DNA of 64,000 bases from Syntrophomonadaceae bacterium. GTDB lineage: Bacteria; Bacillota; Dethiobacteria; SKNC01. Position numbers and translations under genes: made by a program. Location: contig PWHX01000012.1 of assembly GCA_003555415.1 (NCBI GenBank), positions 13,053 to 77,052 of the forward strand, written 5' to 3'. Under the pieces are notes generated by a model. The model had not been told where the DNA came from. It was given only the letters and a program-made list of their open reading frames with translations, and searched no databases. This document shows positions 42,668-51,748 of this stretch, piece after piece. Each line of letters opens with the position of its first letter. Within the stretch, counting starts at the first letter, position 1.

Positions 42668-44341
42668 TTGAAAAAAGAAAAACAAAATAAAATCCAAATA
42701 ATTCCCCTGGGGGGTATAGGGGAAATTGGAAAAAATATGTTCGTTCTAAAATACGAAGATGAAATTTTAGTGCTGGACTCAGGGTTAATGTTTCCTGAAG
42801 AGGAAATGTTTGGTATAGATATAGTTATACCAGATATTTCTTACCTTATTGAAAATAAGGAAAAAGTCAAAGGTATCATTGTAACCCACGGACATGAAGA
42901 CCATATTGGTGCTCTTCCCTTTGTTCTACCTTCTCTAAATGTGCCTATTTATGGAACAAAGCTAACTTTAGGACTGGTAGAAGTCAAATTAAAAGAGCAC
43001 AATATTTTAAAAACCACCAGCCTGAATCTAATTCGGCCTGGATGCAGCATGAAAATTAGTGATAATTTTAAAGTCGAGTTTTTTAAAACTAATCACAGCA
43101 TACCCGATTCAGTTGGTGTTGCTATATATACCCCTGTAGGAATTATCGTATATACCAGCGATTTTAAATTAGACCAAACCCCTGTAGATGGTCAAATTAC
43201 TGATTTCTATCGGTTGGCGGAATTAGGAAAAAAGGAAGTGCTGGTAATGCTTTCTGACAGTACTAATGCTGAAAGGCCGGGATTTACACTATCTGAGAAG
43301 GTAGTTGGGGAAACCATACAGGAAATCTTCCGTGTCTCTGATGGAAGAATAATTATAGCTACCTTTGCTTCTAATGTTCATCGTATACAACAGGTTATAG
43401 ATGCTGCTGCCCTGCATGGAAGGAAAGTAGCTGTTATAGGCAGGAGTATGGTTAATGTTGTAGGCATATCCCGGGAGTTGGGGTATTTAAACGTACCTGA
43501 TAAAACCATTATTGAGGTTGAGGAAATAAGCAATTATCCCGAAGAAAAGTTGGTCTTACTGACGACCGGAAGTCAGGGAGAACCAATGTCTGCTCTTACC
43601 AGAATTTCAGTCTCTGAGCACAAGAAAGTAGAGGTTATTCCTGGAGATACGGTGGTTATAGCTGCAACGCCTATACCTGGTAATGAAAAACTGGTTTCAC
43701 GAACCATTAATAATCTCTTTAAAAGAGGGGCTAAAGTCTATTATGAGTCGGTGTCCGGGGTTCATGTTTCAGGACATGGAAGCCAGGAAGAGTTGAAGAT
43801 AATGCTAAATCTACTTAAGCCCAAGTTCCTGATTCCAGTTCACGGAGAATATCGCCATTTAGTACATCATGCAGAACTTGCTGAAAAGGTAGGTATTTCT
43901 CCAAAGAATGTTTTTGTTTCAGATAATGGTTCTATCTTAGAATTCACTGCGAATACAGGGAGAAAAGTTGGGCGGGTATCAGTGGGCAATGTTTTAGTTG
44001 ATGGCTTAGGAGTAGGCGATGTTGGTAATATAGTTCTAAGGGACAGGAGAATCCTGTCTCAGGATGGAATACTAATAGTAGTGATTGCTATTGACAAGGA
44101 AAGCAACCGTGTTTTAGCAGGGCCTGATATAGTTTCCAGGGGCTTTGTTTATGTACGGGAGTCTGAAAAATTAATTGAAGAAGCTAAAAGCCAGGTCGCC
44201 CACGCTTTGGAGTCCACAAGTGCAGAGAAAATGGGAGAATGGTCAACAGTAAAAAATATCGTTAGAGATGTTTTAAACAAATTCTTCTGGGAAAAAACAA
44301 GAAGAAGACCGATGATACTGCCCATAATTTCAGAAATATAA
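42668..44341 (+). CDS. rnj: ribonuclease J
   Basis: 557-aa ORF with IIPLGGIGEIGKNM, the metallo-beta-lactamase motif THGHEDHIG, and beta-CASP and C-terminal domains. Confidence 0.95.
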   Translation: MKKEKQNKIQIIPLGGIGEIGKNMFVLKYEDEILVLDSGLMFPEEEMFGIDIVIPDISYLIENKEKVKGIIVTHGHEDHIGALPFVLPSLNVPIYGTKLTLGLVEVKLKEHNILKTTSLNLIRPGCSMKISDNFKVEFFKTNHSIPDSVGVAIYTPVGIIVYTSDFKLDQTPVDGQITDFYRLAELGKKEVLVMLSDSTNAERPGFTLSEKVVGETIQEIFRVSDGRIIIATFASNVHRIQQVIDAAALHGRKVAVIGRSMVNVVGISRELGYLNVPDKTIIEVEEISNYPEEKLVLLTTGSQGEPMSALTRISVSEHKKVEVIPGDTVVIAATPIPGNEKLVSRTINNLFKRGAKVYYESVSGVHVSGHGSQEELKIMLNLLKPKFLIPVHGEYRHLVHHAELAEKVGISPKNVFVSDNGSILEFTANTGRKVGRVSVGNVLVDGLGVGDVGNIVLRDRRILSQDGILIVVIAIDKESNRVLAGPDIVSRGFVYVRESEKLIEEAKSQVAHALESTSAEKMGEWSTVKNIVRDVLNKFFWEKTRRRPMILPIISEI

Positions 44342-44376
44342 TTGTACCGTTAACTACCATATAAATGTTGAATAAG

Positions 44377-44409
44377 TTAAGGGAAGTCACTTCAGGCGAC
44401 TTCCCTTAA
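44377..44409. terminator. shared hairpin terminator between convergent rnj (+) and fbp (-)
   Basis: 12-bp perfect stem TTAAGGGAAGTC/GACTTCCCTTAA located between the two stop codons. Confidence 0.75.
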
Positions 44410-44424
44410 ATATTATATGTTTTT

Positions 44425-45519
44425 CTAATCTATGTCTTCAAAACGATCTTTTAGCCTTTCCATTACCAAAGGTAAGGTGGTATATTCCATTTCGTCCAAG
44501 GGGAGACGGTGAGGCTCAAAAGGCCCCATGCTTCTTATGTAATCGGCGATTTCATTGGCTTTGCGCCGGGCATTATCATAAGAGGTATCTGCAAAAAAGT
44601 CTTGAGGCCCTATAAGTTTACCTTCAGCAAGTTGGAAGCCTAAACCTACAACCCGGGGTGGACCGTCAAACCTGGTAGGATTACACTTATCCAGTGATGA
44701 AGGCATTAGCGGACCGGAATGGGAACCTCTCATCCATCCAGAAACCATGTAAGGATTAGAGAAAGGCTCCAGGACTTCTCCAACCGCCGGAAAACCACTT
44801 TGACAACGGACAATACAAACCGGATCATCTTTACCTACATATCGACCGGCCATAAGATTTAGACGCTGTGTGCTGGAAGTTGATGCTATATCCCCTGTGT
44901 CTTTATGAAAAACAGATTTTACACAATAGTGTCCGGAAGCTCCTATAAATACCAGAAGATCATAAAGTTCTTCCGGAGTATTAAAAATTACCTTTTTGTT
45001 TTTAATTAAGTCGTGGATTTCAAATTTAAATCCGCAGTTCATTTTAGGATCTATAACCAGTCCTGCCGTGTTAAAAGGATCAGCAAACATTTTATAGAGA
45101 GGATAGTTCCAGGCTCCAGGTTCCGTTTTATCCGCCATGAATATAACAATGGGTTCACTTTTTCTCTCAACAAATTCCATTTCTGCAACTCCAGGCCCCA
45201 TGCCCCGGATATTTCCTGAGAAAGCGTCCCCCAGGAGGTCTTGGCCTGCTCCATATAGCTTTAGTTTTTTGGCTAATTCAGTACATGCGATAAAAACATC
45301 CCAGGCTAACTGGTGTATCTCTTCACTATCTATTCCTTTTCCATGGGTTAGAATTAAATTTATATCATCGCCTACATGGGTAACATGAAAATCTGTTAAT
45401 AAATTGCTTTCCCCCAGCATTTCGTTAGCTTTTTCTAAGAGGTCACTGTGAACGCTGCTGTGACCAACAAATCCTCCGATATCAGCTTTAATAACTGATA
45501 AAGTTATTTTTTTATTCAT
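44425..45519 (-). CDS. fbp: class V (archaeal-type) fructose-1,6-bisphosphate aldolase/phosphatase
   Basis: 364-aa ORF: MNKKITLSVIKADIGGFVGHSSVH..., DDINLILTHGKG and MAGRYVGKDDPVCIVRCQSGFPAVGEVLEPF, all typical of the FBP aldolase/phosphatase family. It is the only minus-strand gene in the window. Confidence 0.9.
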   Translation of the reverse strand: MNKKITLSVIKADIGGFVGHSSVHSDLLEKANEMLGESNLLTDFHVTHVGDDINLILTHGKGIDSEEIHQLAWDVFIACTELAKKLKLYGAGQDLLGDAFSGNIRGMGPGVAEMEFVERKSEPIVIFMADKTEPGAWNYPLYKMFADPFNTAGLVIDPKMNCGFKFEIHDLIKNKKVIFNTPEELYDLLVFIGASGHYCVKSVFHKDTGDIASTSSTQRLNLMAGRYVGKDDPVCIVRCQSGFPAVGEVLEPFSNPYMVSGWMRGSHSGPLMPSSLDKCNPTRFDGPPRVVGLGFQLAEGKLIGPQDFFADTSYDNARRKANEIADYIRSMGPFEPHRLPLDEMEYTTLPLVMERLKDRFEDID

Positions 45520-45599
45520 TTTAACCCTCCCGTGATAATTGTTTATTATAACTCAAGATTACCTCCTTCCTTCACCTGTTTAATATTAATCGCAAATAT

Positions 45600-45629
45600 A
45601 TTGTATCATAATTAGCGTTAAAAACTCAA
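45600..45629 (-). promoter_or_regulatory. putative sigma-A promoter for fbp (minus strand)
   Basis: Read on the minus strand: TTGAGT, 18-nt spacer, TGaTACAAT (extended -10). Confidence 0.5.
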
Positions 45630-45837
45630 TTGTGTTACGCTGTTTATTCTTTTACTGTATTTATTAAATACCTATGAATATTGCTTTAATACAATTACTG
45701 AACTAAACAATAAAATAATTAAATTTTTATAACACTAAAGAGCAGGAAAGTAATTATTTTATGTAGAACATTGTATGTCTAATGATTAGTTTAATATAGG
45801 TTCCTTAATTTAACTATTTTTGGAGGTGAATTTTAAA

Positions 45838-46587
45838 TTGTTGGAGCTTAAAGGATTATCTTATAATGTAAGCGGTAAGGAAAAAGACATTGAAATAATC
45901 AAGGATGTTGATATATCTTTTGACAAGGGCAAACTATATGCTATAACAGGTCCAAATGGAAGCGGTAAAACTTCCCTGGCCCAATTAATCATGGGAATTT
46001 ATCCTGCCACCAAAGGGAGAATACTGTTTAAGGGGGAAGATATTACTGATTTAGATATATCTGAAAGAGCAAAAAAGGGTATCGGTTATGCTTTCCAGTA
46101 TCCTCCCCGTTTCAAAGGATTAAAGGTTTTAGATTTACTGAGCCTGGCTTCAGGGATTGAGGAGGAAACAGTAGCAAGGGGATATTTGCGGCAGGTAGGA
46201 TTATGTCCTGAAGATTACCTGGACAGGGATGTTGATCCGGGCTTATCTGGTGGAGAAATGAAAAGAATAGAAATTGCTACACTCCTGGCTAAAAATCCTG
46301 AGTTTGTTATATATGATGAGCCAGATGCCGGTGTTGATTTGTGGAGCTTTGATCTACTTTTAGATGTTATCCGGAATAAACATAAAAAAGAGGGCATAAC
46401 AACGATATTAATCAGTCACCAAGAAAGAATTCTTTCCTTGGTAGACGAAATAATTTTGATTGTTGACGGCAGGATAAAAGATGTGGGAAATAAGGATAAG
46501 ATATGGCCGGTTATTAAAGATGTTGTGGGATGCCAGAGGGATACATTATGCAGCAGGAGGGATAAAGTTGAAACTAAATGCCGTTGA
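45838..46587 (+). CDS. sufC: Fe-S cluster assembly ATPase SufC-like (ABC ATPase)
   Basis: LELKGLSYNV..., Walker A GPNGSGKTS, signature LSGGEMKR and Walker B VIYDEPDAGVD. GGAGGTG sits 9 nt before the TTG at 45838; the ORF track starts at 45820. Confidence 0.85.
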   Translation: MLELKGLSYNVSGKEKDIEIIKDVDISFDKGKLYAITGPNGSGKTSLAQLIMGIYPATKGRILFKGEDITDLDISERAKKGIGYAFQYPPRFKGLKVLDLLSLASGIEEETVARGYLRQVGLCPEDYLDRDVDPGLSGGEMKRIEIATLLAKNPEFVIYDEPDAGVDLWSFDLLLDVIRNKHKKEGITTILISHQERILSLVDEIILIVDGRIKDVGNKDKIWPVIKDVVGCQRDTLCSRRDKVETKCR

Positions 46588-47491
46588 TAAAAATCTTTTA
46601 GAACAGGTTGCAGATCTTCACGATACTCCCCAAGGAGCCTATAATATTCGTAGGGACGGGGAAGGTTTTTCTCGCCATTCTACTGAAAATATTCAGATAA
46701 ATGTTAAGGAGGATAAGCCCGGGATTGATATAATTGTTAAGCCGGGCACTAAAAATGAGTCGGTTCATATTCCGGTGCTGCTTACTCAGGATGGGATCAA
46801 CGACCTGGTTTATAACACCTTTGAAATAGGAGAAGGCTCTGATGTGCAGGTAGTAGCAGGATGCGGTATTCATAATGATGGGTCTCAAGAATCCCGGCAT
46901 GACGGCATACACACTATATATGTCCGCAAGGGAGCCCGGATGCGTTATGTTGAGAAACATTATGGAGAGGGAGAAAGTGTAGGGGGTAGAGTTTTGAACC
47001 CTAAAACAATCATTGAAATTGAAGAAGGCGCAACAGCGGAACTGGAAATGGTTCAAATTAAAGGAGTAGATAGTACAAAGAGGGATACGGAAGCTAATCT
47101 GCATAAGGATGCCAATTTAATTATAGTAGAAAGGCTCTTAACCCATGGAAATCAAAAGGCCAGGTCCGATATTGTGGTTAATCTAAGGGAAGAGAATTCT
47201 TTTACCCAGATAACCTCCCGGACGGTAGCCCAGGGGGATTCTGAGCAGATTTTTTATCCCCGGGTTATAGCCTATGCCAAATCCAGGGGATATGTTGAAT
47301 GTGACTCTATAATCATGGATAGGGCCATAGTCCAGTCAGTGCCGGAAATCACTGCACACCACGCTGAGGCGGAATTAACTCATGAGGCGGCGATTGGTAA
47401 AATTGCCGGGGCACAGCTCCTTAAACTCATGTCTCTGGGCCTTTCTGAACAAGAAGCTATAGAAAAAATACTGAAGGGTTTTTTGAGATAG
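46568..47491 (+). CDS. SufB/SufD family Fe-S assembly protein (short form)
   Basis: TTG start after GGAGGG, overlapping the end of sufC by 20 nt. The C-terminus ...AELTHEAAIGKIAGAQLLKLMSLGLSEQEAIEKILKGFL is typical of SufB/D. The part of the track ORF upstream of 46568 overlaps sufC. Confidence 0.8.
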   Translation: MKLNAVDKNLLEQVADLHDTPQGAYNIRRDGEGFSRHSTENIQINVKEDKPGIDIIVKPGTKNESVHIPVLLTQDGINDLVYNTFEIGEGSDVQVVAGCGIHNDGSQESRHDGIHTIYVRKGARMRYVEKHYGEGESVGGRVLNPKTIIEIEEGATAELEMVQIKGVDSTKRDTEANLHKDANLIIVERLLTHGNQKARSDIVVNLREENSFTQITSRTVAQGDSEQIFYPRVIAYAKSRGYVECDSIIMDRAIVQSVPEITAHHAEAELTHEAAIGKIAGAQLLKLMSLGLSEQEAIEKILKGFLR

Positions 47492-47494
47492 AAT

Positions 47495-47536
47495 AATAGG
47501 CCGAGGGTTAATAGACTGCCCGGCCTATTTTTTTAT
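47495..47536 (+). terminator. intrinsic terminator after sufBD
   Basis: AATAGGCCG...CGGCCTATT stem followed by TTTTTTATT. Confidence 0.75.
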
Positions 47537-47655
47537 TAAAATAAAAATAAGAAAAAGGATTTTGCCGATTATAAATAATAAGCAGTATAAAATCTATTAG
47601 GGAGCAGAAAATAAATAAGAATTATTTCATTAAACATATTATTATAATAATTGGA

Positions 47656-48420
47656 GTGATAAGTTTGAGCATGTATAGTCGTCGTAAATCCCCTGTTAGA
47701 AGGCCGAAAAACCCTACTGCTCCTTCTCCCCAAACCGGTCAGGAAACGGAAAGTCTCAAAAATATAGAAAAGTTAGGTCAGGTTAATATTCCTCAAATGG
47801 ATAGTAACCTTCATTGTATTTCTATAGTAGGTCAGATTGAAGGTCATTTAGTCTTACCTCCCCAGAATAAAACCACCAAATATGAACATATAATTCCGCA
47901 GCTGGTTGCCGTGGAACAAAACCCAAATATCGAAGGCCTGATGATTATACTTAACACCGTAGGAGGCGATGTAGAGGCAGGTTTAGCCATAGCAGAGTTA
48001 ATAGACAGTTTATCTAAGCCTACCGTTTCCCTGGTGTTAGGGGGAGGGCACAGTATTGGGGTTCCTATTGCGGTGGGAGCAGATCATTCTATAATTGCCC
48101 ACACAGCAACCATGACTATTCATCCTTTAAGACTTACAGGATTGGTAGTTGGAGTTCCCCAAACATATGAATACCTGGACAAAATGCAGGACCGGGTGAT
48201 AAATTTTGTAACCAGGCACTCAGCTGTTTCAGAAGAGGAGTTTAGAAAACTAATGTTTAGTACCGGACAATTAGCCCGGGATATCGGGACGGTATTGGTG
48301 GGAGAAGATGCAGTAAATAAAGGGCTGATAGATTCCATTGGTGGACTGGGGGAAGCAAACGCAAAGCTAAACGAAATGTTAAACGGTAATCCTACTCCCC
48401 CCGGGGGTGAGATTCAATGA
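47656..48420 (+). CDS. tepA: ClpP-family serine protease TepA/YmfB-like
   Basis: ClpP-like core [26 protein letters not shown] (Ser), TMTIHP (His) and GLIDSIGG (Asp). The start is ambiguous (GTG 47656, TTG 47665 or ATG 47674). Confidence 0.85.
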   Translation: MISLSMYSRRKSPVRRPKNPTAPSPQTGQETESLKNIEKLGQVNIPQMDSNLHCISIVGQIEGHLVLPPQNKTTKYEHIIPQLVAVEQNPNIEGLMIILNTVGGDVEAGLAIAELIDSLSKPTVSLVLGGGHSIGVPIAVGADHSIIAHTATMTIHPLRLTGLVVGVPQTYEYLDKMQDRVINFVTRHSAVSEEEFRKLMFSTGQLARDIGTVLVGEDAVNKGLIDSIGGLGEANAKLNEMLNGNPTPPGGEIQ

Positions 48421-48629
48421 TTATTTATACTCCGCTCCCTATAGAGTTAATCCTGGAGGGAAGCGATGATTTTTCTCCTGAATACAAAGAGGTAGAAAAA
48501 GATGGTTATAAACTACTGGTAGAACCCTATTCTTTTAATGAAGGCAAAGTAGTGCGCTTGATAAGCAGCAACCCTCAAGAATACTTAAAGCCTGAACTGC
48601 AACCTGGAGAGATTATTAAACTGTCATAG
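48417..48629 (+). CDS. ylzJ: YlzJ-like small protein
   Basis: 70-aa ORF overlapping the tepA stop (ATGA). It occupies the same position as ylzJ after tepA in B. subtilis. Confidence 0.7.
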   Translation: MIIYTPLPIELILEGSDDFSPEYKEVEKDGYKLLVEPYSFNEGKVVRLISSNPQEYLKPELQPGEIIKLS

Positions 48630-48650
48630 TCTTATATCTGTTTTTTAATT

Positions 48651-48677
48651 AAGAGCTGTTCTGAGCTCTTTTTTATT
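48651..48677 (+). terminator. intrinsic terminator after tepA-ylzJ
   Basis: AAGAGCT-GTTCTG-AGCTCTT followed by TTTTATT. Confidence 0.7.
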
Positions 48678-48822
48678 ATGTCAAAAATAGACAGCGTTTT
48701 ACAAAGGATTTTGTTAACCATTAAAGAAAATAATTAGTAAATATAAAAATAAATATAAGCTTATATGTTGTTAAATATTTATTTGGACATGCCTTTTAGA
48801 ATAATTAAACTTAAAAATAACA

Positions 48823-51720
48823 ATGGAGGGAATAAAAGTGACGGAAAACAAGGGACATGAAAAGGGGTTCCCTGTTGTCGGTATCGGAGCTTCTGCCGGG
48901 GGATTTAAAGCTTTAAAAGAATTCTTTACCCATATGACTGAAGATACGGAAAGTGGAATAGCTTTTGTTCTGGTCCAGCACTTATCCCCTGAATGCAAGA
49001 GTAATTTGAGGGGCTTAATTGAACAGTTTACTGAGATGCCGGTACAGGAAGTGGAAGACGGTATGGAAATACTGCCTAATAATATTTACATTATCCCGCC
49101 TAACCGGTATATGGTTTTCGTAAAAGGAAGGTTATTTCTAAATAAACCCGTCCAACAGCGGGGGACGAGGTTTTCCATTGATTATTTTTTTTGTTCACTG
49201 GCTGAGAGTTTACGGGAGCGATCAATCTGCATATTGCTCTCTGGTGCTGGTAATGATGGCACACTGGGATTAAGAGCTATTAAGGGGGAAGGGGGAATGA
49301 CCATGGTGCAGGATCCCGAAACAGCCGAATCCGATAGTATGCCCCGCAGCGCCATTAATACAGGCTTGGTTGATTACGTGTTGCCGCCCAGGGAGATGTC
49401 GGCTTATTTGACATCTTACGTTAAGTATGCCGTTGATAAGAAAAAACAGCAGATAATTTCATCGGTTTTTAAAGATGAAGATTTGCTACAGGAGATATTA
49501 AATCATTTATGCTGTCAGATGGGACATGACTTTTCTTATTATAAACAAAGCACCATTAAACGCCGTATTGAACGTCGTATGGCGGTCAAGCAAATTAACC
49601 GGCTGGAGGATTACCTTGCTTATTTACAAACTAGCTCCCCAGAGGTAAAATCTCTTTTTAAAGATATGCTGGTGGGTGTTACCAGCTTTTTCCGGGACAC
49701 AGAAGCCTTTGATATTTTTAAGGAAAGGGTTGTGCCTGATTTATTTTCAGGAAAAGCCCCGGGTGATTCCATTCGTATATGGGTGCCCGGCTGTTCCACC
49801 GGCGAAGAGGCTTATTCTATTGCCATCCTGCTTCAGGAGCAATTGGAAGATTTAAATCAGTATTATAAGGTTTGTATTTTTGCCACTGATATTGACAGTC
49901 ATGCAATTAAACAGGCTCGTACCGGGGTTTATCCTGCCAGCATTGCATCTAATGTTTCTCCTGAGCGATTGAAGCGTTTTTTCACGTGGGATGCCGACGG
50001 AAATTTCTATACTATCCAAAAGAACATCCGGGATATGTTGATATTTGCTGAACAGAACGTAATAGATGATCCTCCATTTACTAATATTGACTTAATCAGC
50101 TGCCGTAACCTGTTAATTTTTATGAATAAAGAGCTACAAAAAAAGATAATCCAGGTAATGCACTACGCTTTAAAGGAAAATGGTTTTATGTTCCTGGGCA
50201 GTTCTGAGACTGTCGGTGAATTCAATGACCTTTTTGAACCGGTAGATAAATCGTGGAAAATCTATAAAAAAAATGGAAACGTGTCTTATCTGCGCCCGGT
50301 GATGAGAGGGTTTGCCACATCTTCGAAAAAAGAAGAATTCGTAAACCCCACCTCACTCCATAAAAGCTCGGGAGAAAGTAAGATTATTGCTATTCGCAAA
50401 TTAGTTGAAAGAAAGCTGTTCAGGCAGTACACCCCGGCTTGCGTAGTAGTTGATAAAAGTGGGGAAGCACTGTACATTCATGGTCGTACCGGTAAATATC
50501 TGGAGCCGACATCGGGTGAAGCCAGTATGAACATTCTTCAGATGGCCCGGGATGGATTGAGAATGGAGTTGAGAAAAGCTATACGGAAAGCTGCTGTCAA
50601 TGAAGAGTCCATACATTGTCAGGGGTTGCGGGTCATGTCAAACGGTGAAATTACTACTGTTAATGTAACAATCAGTCCAGTTACAGAAGAAGATCCAATC
50701 TTACAGGGGTTAATTATGGTTATTTTTGAAGATATCCATCTTCCTGAATCATCCGCTTCCCTGGAGGAGGTAGCAGTTACAGGGGATATTGTTACTGATA
50801 AGGATAAACATATTCTTGTTTTGGAACAGGAACTGAGGGATAAAGAAGGGTACCTTCAGTCCACCCTTGAAGAGCTGGAGGCTTCTAATGAAGAACTTCA
50901 ATCCATCAACGAGGAATATCAATCAGCCAACGAAGAATTGGAGACATCTAAGGAGGAACTGAAGGCGGTTAATGAGGAGCTTGCGATGGTTAACACGGAG
51001 ATGCAAAACAAGATAGAAGAGCTATCCCGGTCTTTCAATGACACAAAAAACATGCTGGCCGGCACAGAAGTGGGAACAATCTTTGTGGATAAATTACTGC
51101 GCATTAAGCGCTTTACTCATCCCGCTACCGAGGTTATTAACCTGATAGAGAGTGACGTTGGTCGGCCTTTAAGCCATTTTTCTTTAAACCTGCTAAACTA
51201 TGAAAACCTTATAGAAGACGTACAATCAGTTTTAGATACATTAGTGCCTAAAGAAATAGAAGTACAAACTAAGAATGGTCTGTGGTATAAGATGCGCATT
51301 ATGCCTTATCGCACGCTGGAAAATGCTATTGAAGGCGCAGTAATTACTTTTATTGATATTACCAATTCCCTAAACCGTTTGGCTGTTGTGGTTATGGATT
51401 CCAGGGATGCTATTACGGTACAGGACTTTGAAGGCACAATACACTCCTGGAACCCGGGAGCGGAAAAACTGTACGGATGGAAAGAATTCCAGGTGTTAAA
51501 TAAGAGCATTAATATCGTGGTTCCTGAAGAAAAACAGGGGGAAGAAATGGAAAAGTTAAAAAAGTTAGCCTTGAATGAAGATGTAGAACCGTACCAAACA
51601 TTGCGGGTCACTAAGGAGGGAAGGTTAATAAATGTATTTGTAACTGCCACAACACTGGTTAACCAGAAGGAAGAGCCTTATGCAGTTGCTACTACGGAAC
51701 GATTCATCAGCCAACACTAG
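48823..51720 (+). CDS. CheB methylesterase - CheR methyltransferase - PAS / coiled-coil / PAS-PAS fusion protein
   Basis: 965-aa ORF. CheB core: VVGIGASAGG, LVQH, SGAGNDG. CheR core: VTSFFRD, VPGCSTGEEAYSIAILL, FATDID, ISCRNLLIF. PAS-like segments flank a heptad coiled coil. An alternative GTG start at 48838 lies 7 nt after GGAGGG. Confidence 0.88.
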   Translation: MEGIKVTENKGHEKGFPVVGIGASAGGFKALKEFFTHMTEDTESGIAFVLVQHLSPECKSNLRGLIEQFTEMPVQEVEDGMEILPNNIYIIPPNRYMVFVKGRLFLNKPVQQRGTRFSIDYFFCSLAESLRERSICILLSGAGNDGTLGLRAIKGEGGMTMVQDPETAESDSMPRSAINTGLVDYVLPPREMSAYLTSYVKYAVDKKKQQIISSVFKDEDLLQEILNHLCCQMGHDFSYYKQSTIKRRIERRMAVKQINRLEDYLAYLQTSSPEVKSLFKDMLVGVTSFFRDTEAFDIFKERVVPDLFSGKAPGDSIRIWVPGCSTGEEAYSIAILLQEQLEDLNQYYKVCIFATDIDSHAIKQARTGVYPASIASNVSPERLKRFFTWDADGNFYTIQKNIRDMLIFAEQNVIDDPPFTNIDLISCRNLLIFMNKELQKKIIQVMHYALKENGFMFLGSSETVGEFNDLFEPVDKSWKIYKKNGNVSYLRPVMRGFATSSKKEEFVNPTSLHKSSGESKIIAIRKLVERKLFRQYTPACVVVDKSGEALYIHGRTGKYLEPTSGEASMNILQMARDGLRMELRKAIRKAAVNEESIHCQGLRVMSNGEITTVNVTISPVTEEDPILQGLIMVIFEDIHLPESSASLEEVAVTGDIVTDKDKHILVLEQELRDKEGYLQSTLEELEASNEELQSINEEYQSANEELETSKEELKAVNEELAMVNTEMQNKIEELSRSFNDTKNMLAGTEVGTIFVDKLLRIKRFTHPATEVINLIESDVGRPLSHFSLNLLNYENLIEDVQSVLDTLVPKEIEVQTKNGLWYKMRIMPYRTLENAIEGAVITFIDITNSLNRLAVVVMDSRDAITVQDFEGTIHSWNPGAEKLYGWKEFQVLNKSINIVVPEEKQGEEMEKLKKLALNEDVEPYQTLRVTKEGRLINVFVTATTLVNQKEEPYAVATTERFISQH
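50869..51024 (+). repeat. in-frame 21-nt (heptad) periodic array encoding EELEASN EELQSIN EEYQSAN EELETSK EELKAVN EELAMVN TEMQNKI EEL
   Basis: Read directly from the translation. Six consecutive heptads begin with EE plus a hydrophobic residue; five of the six end in N and the fourth ends in K. The periodicity is coding, not a noncoding tandem repeat. Confidence 0.9.
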
Positions 51721-51748
51721 CTGATTTGCACTGAAAAGGAGGAAAATT

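Noticed and set aside
46598-47104. 168-aa minus-strand ORF inside the sufBD gene. Similar long antisense ORFs occur at 22379-22879, 34570-35043, 24152-24547, 60134-60529, 8370-8753 and 4133-4504.
   Set aside because: All lie fully antisense to well-supported conserved genes. They have no SD or start context and give low-complexity, Ser/Leu/Ile-rich translations typical of shadow ORFs in AT-rich coding DNA.
50869-51024. 21-nt periodicity considered as a noncoding tandem repeat or CRISPR-like array.
   Set aside because: It is in-frame within a long ORF and the units are conserved at the amino-acid (heptad) level rather than the nucleotide level. There are no spacers. It is kept as a protein-level finding instead.
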